Both the position numbers and the translations under genes were made by a program. From the NCBI GenBank assembly GCA_951406725.2, contig OX597830.1, positions 58,590,001 to 58,654,000 on the forward strand: a stretch of 64,000 nt of DNA, given 5' to 3'. This document shows, piece by piece, positions 56,776-64,000 of the stretch. How positions within the stretch are numbered: the first letter of the stretch is position 1; the number at the start of each line of letters is the position of its first letter. The notes under the pieces are model-generated. The model was not told the DNA's origin. It saw only the letters and a list, made by a program, of their open reading frames with translations, and did no database searches. Origin of the DNA: Octopus vulgaris (lineage: Eukaryota).

Positions 56776-57344
56776 CAACAACAACAACAACAACGTCGAA
56801 AAATAATTTTAAAATGTTCGGTGAAGTAAGAGGTTATTAGGATGTAGCTTTCATAGTCTTGCTCCCTTGATTTGCATATAATACATTAATTAGCCTCGTA
56901 GTTAATTAAAATAGAATGTATTAATGGCAAATACAGCAGATTGAAGATGATGTTTAAATATCTTATTGTTTTCCGAAGTATTTAGAAAGATAACTGATAT
57001 TATTCTTATAGAGCTGTTTCGAAATGATTTTTCCCTCATCAGACAGTAGACATCGTTATTCTTCGGCTACTCACAAAACTATTAATGGAAGTCACTAAAA
57101 CACAATAACTTATAACATAATACCGTCCATTAATATTAAAACGAATGAATAATTCAACTCAAGACCACAAAGACTATTAAAAACTCAAGACATTAATAGC
57201 TAGTCACAAAACATACACTAAATCAACAAATGTCCAGAAAAATCACTTACGTATGCAGCTCCTGTCACATCTAACATAAATTATAACGGAACGGATTACG
57301 TAACTATGACACTAAATCATTTCAATGTTAGATATATTTCCTGT

Positions 57345-57568
57345 CTACAATAGGCACAAGGCTTGAAATTTTGGGCGAGTGGGGTGGGGGTGGGGCGGCT
57401 AGTCGATTACATCAGCCCCAGAGCTCAACTGGTATTTATTTTATCGGCCCCGGAAAGATGAAATGCGAAATTGACCTCGGTGGAATTTGAACTGAGAACG
57501 TAAAGGCGGACGAAATGCCGCTAACTATTTTCTCCGGCGTGCTAACGGTTCTGCCATCCCACCGCCTT
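57345..57568 (-). mobile_element. SINE family A
   Basis: Reverse-complement copy. Confidence 0.8.
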
Positions 57569-57899
57569 AATATTAGGTATAATTAGCATAAATACACATT
57601 CCGGACGTTAGTAAAAATATTTGAGAACAAGCCGTATATGGTTTTGAAAAGTAATAATCTAGAGTATCAGTACCTATTAAAGAATAACAAGATATTTCGA
57701 CACAGAGTTTTGCATGAAGAGTTTTTGCAAAATTAATGCATAAACAACTTAATTCCGTTGTTTACGCAACAGAAATCTTAATTCTAAATTCTGTAGATCT
57801 TAATGTTTTAATTCCGACATAAAACAGTTTCTTATCGTCTGTGCGATATAATATTAAGAAATCCTGCAACAACAATGAAATATGCATCTTTATCTTTTT

Positions 57900-58073
57900 C
57901 TGGTTTCAGTCATTTGACTGCGGCCATACTGGAGTACCGCCTTGAAGAATGTTCGTCGGACGAAGCCACGGCAGGATTTAATCTTTCTTAAGCTTCGTAC
58001 TTACTCACTATCTTTTGCCAAACTACTAAGTTACAGGGACATAAACACATGAACGCCGGTTGTCTAGTGGTGG

Positions 58074-58125
<52 letters not shown>

Positions 58126-58516
58126 TGTATATACGACGGGCTTCTTTCAGTTTCTGTCTACCAAATCCACTCACAAAGCTTTGGTCGGCCCGAGGCTGTA
58201 CCAGAAGACACTTGTCCAAAGTGCGATGCAGTCGGACTGAACCCGGAACCACATGAGAGGGACATAAACTTACCACCTGGTCACGTCTACGCCTATTATT
58301 TTCTTCTTTCTTTTTTTACAATTTTCAGTCATTTGACTGCGGTCATGCTAGAGCACCGCTCTTAGTCAAACACATCGACCCAGGACTTATTCTTTGTAAG
58401 CCTAGTACTTATTCTACCGGTCTCTTTTACCGAACCGCTAAGTTACGTGGAGGTAAACACACTATCAGTTGTCAAGCGATGGTAGTGGGACAAACACATA
58501 TACAGACAGACAGACA

Positions 58517-58551
<35 letters not shown>

Positions 58552-58697
58552 GACAGTCTTCTTTCAGTTTCCATCTAACAAATCCATTCACAAGGCTTTG
58601 GTCGGCCCGAGTCTATAATAGAAGACACTTGCCGAAGGTGCCACGCAGTGGGACTGAACCAGGAGCCATGGAGTTGGGAAGGAAGCTTCTTACCTCA
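57900..58697 (-). mobile_element. Two tandem SINE family B copies
   Basis: Copies at about 57900-58292 and 58322-58697. Confidence 0.8.
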
Positions 58698-60154
58698 CAT
58701 CCAAAAAAAAAAATGTAGTCTTTAGAGGTTAAGGAGTCAGAGTGATCTTCCCTTAAAATTATATTTGACATTTTCATAATAACTGCAGTTATATGATATA
58801 TAGAAATAAGTTTAATATTCCTTCTATCATGGTTCTTTTACATAAAACAAATTTGGAGTTTACTTCGTGTCTGTATGTGGTTTGCAAGATTCTTGATGTG
58901 AATTCGTGTGTTGAAACAAATTTTGTTGTGTCTTGTGAGAGTCATTACGCCAATTAATAATAACAGATGCGCAGTTCAATTCCACTCCTTTACTATTAGT
59001 TAATGGTAAATATCGATCGTTCGTCTGTTTAAGAGGTGATCGGTGTGTTTGTTCCTGAAAGCTCTTTCATTGCCGTGCGCAACCATTTCGGTGATTTGTG
59101 ACCACCCGACTTTCTATAGAAGCTGTTTATGGGAGACTAGCAGTCGACCATGTCTACCAGCCACCTCTCTCCACGCCACCGATGTTATTCCAAGGGAAAG
59201 GCAAAGGCTCATTTCTACGGCTGAGTGAACTGGAGCAACATGAAATAAAATATCTGGCTCAAGGCCACAACACACAGTCCTCTTCAGGAATCGAACTCAC
59301 TACCTCATGATTGTGAATCCGAGACTCTAACCACTGAGCCATGCGCCTTCACATTGTAATATATGACTCACCAGTTATGTAATGTTCCATGTAGCTGCCC
59401 TAAAATGTTAGATATGAAAATCAGTCCATCCTGTTTGCTTCGATCTGGTGTATGAGTAATAACAATGTGTTTATAAATAGCTAAATTCGGTACACAGCTA
59501 TTGGTGAAAACTCAAAAAGCATTGAAACGTACAAACAGCTGTTCCCCCTTTTTGTGTCCAATCAAATATTATTCTGAGAAGTTGCTTACAATTGTCGTCA
59601 CACACAAAAGCTAAGAAAAAAAAAAAGATTTATTGATATGTTCTACAATATATTATAGCAACGAAACACAATACTGGTAATTCATTGTTCAATCTCGTTG
59701 CTACGAAAGTATTAAGGATGCAATTTAATCTATCCACTTTACCCTAACCTCATATATTAATGGTTTTATAAGCAATGTTTGTCGATGGCTAAAGAAAGTA
59801 CACAATGGCCGACGAAGTCTCCATAAAAGAATTGAAACATACGAGAACTGTCCTCGATATCTTTTTTTTCCTTCTTTGTACTTCTGTACGAAATGTTTAT
59901 AACCTTCCCAGCACACGGTGTTGGCTAAACAAAAGAAAAAAACAACAACAATCTATTCATATGTTCTTTGGTACATTGTAGCAGTTACTAAATATTACCC
60001 TAAGGTAACTCTTTAGTTTCAACATGTCAAGCGTTAAAACCAACACTTTATTTTTGCTTCTGTGATGTTCTTTTTAATATTTATCAACCTTATTCTACTC
60101 ACACACATATACACACATACCACACCACACACCAACATATAGATAGATAGATCA

Positions 60155-60233
<79 letters not shown>

Positions 60234-60469
60234 CATACACATGCATATATATGAGTGCATTTATATATATATTGTTAATTACATATACTAATGTATAAGC
60301 TTTGTGTAATTTCCGGTGGCTGCAATGGCGTAGCAGAATATATAACTCTCATGACGCCGGTGTCAAAACACCTTACAGCCATAGACAGGCGAGATAACTC
60401 ACCATCAATCCCATCTGGGAGTGATGGACATCGACGTTTCGTCATTTTTGTGGCTTATCAACACAACGT

Positions 60470-60543
<74 letters not shown>

Positions 60544-60691
60544 TTATACGTAAATGTAGAACGACGAAATGAGTGCTCAACACAGCATTGGTGAATATAG
60601 AATTTCTTTATTTGTGAATTAAGGCTGTCATTGGTTTCATATTAAGAAGAGTAGGAAAATATCCTAGTATCTTAATTATTTTTCAAGCCGA

Positions 60692-60762
<71 letters not shown>

Positions 60763-61595
60763 GAGAGAGAGAGAGACATACAAACACATGCATATATATT
60801 TGTGCATTTGAATATATATATATATATATATATATAAATATATCATATCATATCTATAAAAGAGAGGATGTGTGTGTGTGTGCACGCGCGCGTGTGTGTG
60901 TGTGTGTGTGTACGTGATTGTAATTTATGTACGTCCACAGAATAGCACGCATGTCGCACCAATTTTAGGAGGACATTTGTCAACATCCTATCTGGGTTTT
61001 GTCAACTTATTATTTTCCCCGGGGCACCCGTGGATAGCGTAAATATCTATTTTCAGACATAGCTTTTAGCCACAAAAAATATCGGCCATTGCTTTTTGAC
61101 AGCATCTAACAAAAAAAAAGAGATAAAGAAAAGTGGAAGAAGGAGGCAGAGAGTTTCACGGGAAAGACAAAGTGAGAGAGGGAGAGAGAAAGAGAGTGAC
61201 TAAGTTCATAAAAAATAAAATGTAAAATGTTTTGTTTTTTGTTTTTGAAAGACACTATATTTTATAATCATAGTATATATACTTTCTCACACAACACTTA
61301 CAATATACTGCGTTCCATTTTGTTTGTTTGTGCGCATGTGTGTGGGTCTGTGTGTGTGTGTGTGTGCCTATAAATGCACGCATGTACGTATGTATGTGTG
61401 TGTGTGTGTGTGTGTTTGCATGTGTTTGTATGTTAGATATGTAAATAAACAGATCAATATACAGACGGATAGGTATATAGACTATATGAACAGACACATA
61501 GGGAGACACGGATCCACGCATATAAAGATGCACATCCATACATACAAACACATGCAAACACACACACATACATACGTACATATGTGCATGTATAG

Positions 61596-61637
<42 letters not shown>

Positions 61638-62367
61638 GCACAAACAAACAAAAGGGAACGCAGTGTAAATGACGGACAGAGTAAAAACTATTGAAAAGGT
61701 TGCAAGATGCAACGAAAATTTTAGGAAAGTAAAAATAAGAATTAAGTGGAAATTTTACCGGTGAATGTGTTGAATAATAAGGCACAAAAAGAAAATGACT
61801 CTCCCAGACGCAACAGAATATGCTTCAACACATGAAAGAATCTTGCAAGCGAAATCCAAAAACGAATTACTTATTTTAAATCGTTCATCTTTCTCCCCCC
61901 TCTCTCTCAGACACACATATTACTTTGGGTACGAAAGGGTTTTGTTTTTATTTTACGCCGAGTAAAAAAGTGTTTTGTGACAATCCATTTATTTAACAAC
62001 AAACAAACAAAGAGGTGAGTAACAATTTGTCAGTGAATTACACAATATAAATGGGTACAATTTGCGAGGCTTCCACTACACCCCACTCCGTTTCACGGAC
62101 CACAAAAAGGGTTTTGAGGCCAGACTAGTTGATTCCACGCAAAAAAAAACCCCGATTTTTCTTTTTAGTGAAAATCGTGCGAATGTTAATCTACAAATTT
62201 AACAACATTTTTCCCCATTCATTTCTGTTTATGAATATGTATGCGTGCACAAAACATGTAATAGGTGTACGTACGTACGTGTGTGTATGTGTGTTCGAGT
62301 CTGTTGCCCTTATATATTTATATTATATTATATATATATATATATATATAATATATATAATATATAT

Positions 62368-62598
<231 letters not shown>

Positions 62599-62610
62599 TA
62601 TATATATATA

Positions 62611-63365
62611 TTCTTTTCAAACCTATAATGGAAATGGCAAAGGAGTATATTCGGCATATTTTGCTTTATGAGTTCAATAAAAGCAACAACGCAACGAAAA
62701 GTGGGAAGAATATTAACGCAGCATATGAGGACCAGACAATAAGCATAAGCCAGTGTCAATGGTGGTTCCAGAGATTCCAAGCCGGAAACTACAGCCTAGA
62801 AGACGAGTCCTATCCTGGAAGATCTGTAGAACGGACGAGGATGTCCTGCAAATTCTGGTAGAACAAAATCACACCGTAACTGTTGAGGAACTAGCAGAGA
62901 AGCTTGGATTTGGTAATTCAGCCATTCATCGACACCTGCGTGCCATTGGAAAAGTCAGCAAATTGGGTCAATGGGTTCCTCACAAACTTTCCGAGTCTAA
63001 TTTCGCGGCCACATACAGCCAGGATGACATTCCAAAGGCTGGAGCAGTTTGAATGGGAAACGATGCCCCACCCACATATTCGCCGGACATTGCCCCACCT
63101 GAGTATCATTTAATCCGCAGCCTTCAAAATCATTTGGACAGGAAAAATATGAATTCTGTAGACGAGGTCAGAACAGTGCTGGAGGAGTACTTTTCGCACC
63201 GGACAAGTGCATTTTGGAAGAAGGGCCTTGCAAGTCTATCAGGTAGATGGAAGAGCATTGTACACAATGAAGGAGAGTATATTTTAGATTAAAAAAGAAC
63301 TTTGATTATCTTAATTTTGAAAACTAAAAGTATTAAAAAACTACATTATTTATAGGATGGCCCAA
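62611..63365 (+). mobile_element. Mariner of the same family, left end missing and internally deleted
   Basis: High similarity to 23940-25187; keeps WVPHKL, YSPDIAPPEY and the right TIR; lacks the segment equivalent to about 24480-24834. Confidence 0.92.
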
Positions 63366-64000
63366 TATATGGTCAGTGGATCATATATCCAAGAAAGAAG
63401 CACACTCTATAAGTTTGAGCATTAATGTATGTACAAGAGGTTGCTTGTGTGGCAAATCATAGAGTGACCAATGGTTTCGCATCCACAAAGCGTCTAGACT
63501 TGTAGGCGGCTCCGTCTATAAGAAACAATTATTTCTTTATCACAAATACTTTCATTCATTCGAAATCTTTTTTATTACGTTTTTATGTAATTTATATTAG
63601 GTGTTGATATCCAGAAACTTGTCGAGCAACATTCCCTTCGACTCTTTGCAGTTTGAGTTCAAACTCCACCGAAACCTAATAAGTCCTAGTTGAGCCCTGG
63701 GCTCGCTGTAATCGACTGAGCCCCCCCCCCCCACTTCCACGCTAAAATTGGTAGCTCTATTCCCAAGCTTGAAGTAGTCATGATTATTATTGATGGCTGG
63801 TACAAAATGAAGGTTATCGGTCTCAATGCGTCTCTATTTCAGCTCAGATTTTACTGAATCAGATTTTGTGTTTAGACACAAACATGAGTAATAGGTATTT
63901 CCAGACTTGTACTTGCTATTGTTAACCACACCCTTTCCTGGCCGGATGTCAATGCAAACATGTCATACATTAATTTTGAGAATACTCTTTAACCACTGTA

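Noticed and set aside
57005-57050. Hammerhead (CUGAUGA...GAAA on the - strand) as a functional ribozyme
   Set aside because: Core is present but stems I and III do not pair; kept only as a possible decayed copy.

Overview
AT-rich, microsatellite- and transposon-dense eukaryotic (metazoan) DNA. The SINE families and repeat landscape look like an octopus/coleoid cephalopod genome (inference from recall, not a search). Two spliced host genes converge: the last coding exon of a metaxin-2 gene (+, 4765-4912) and a six-exon S1 (trypsin-fold) serine protease catalytic domain (-, 53616 to 27787) with an intact His/Asp/Ser triad; its signal-peptide exon was not resolved. The rest is decayed mobile DNA: tRNA-derived SINEs, R4/Dong-type LINEs nested in (TAA)n arrays, Tx1, RTE and CR1-like fragments, mariner, hAT, Helitron/Helentron and MITEs. 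The most striking signal is a set of short Penelope-type elements, mostly sitting in (TA)n tracts, that carry type I hammerhead ribozyme motifs. These include an apparently intact hammerhead (25646-25690, -) inside a 119-bp fold-back, and U3-A8 core variants, usually with inverted duplications of the element ends. Repeat boundaries are approximate. Almost all ORFs in the supplied track are spurious.
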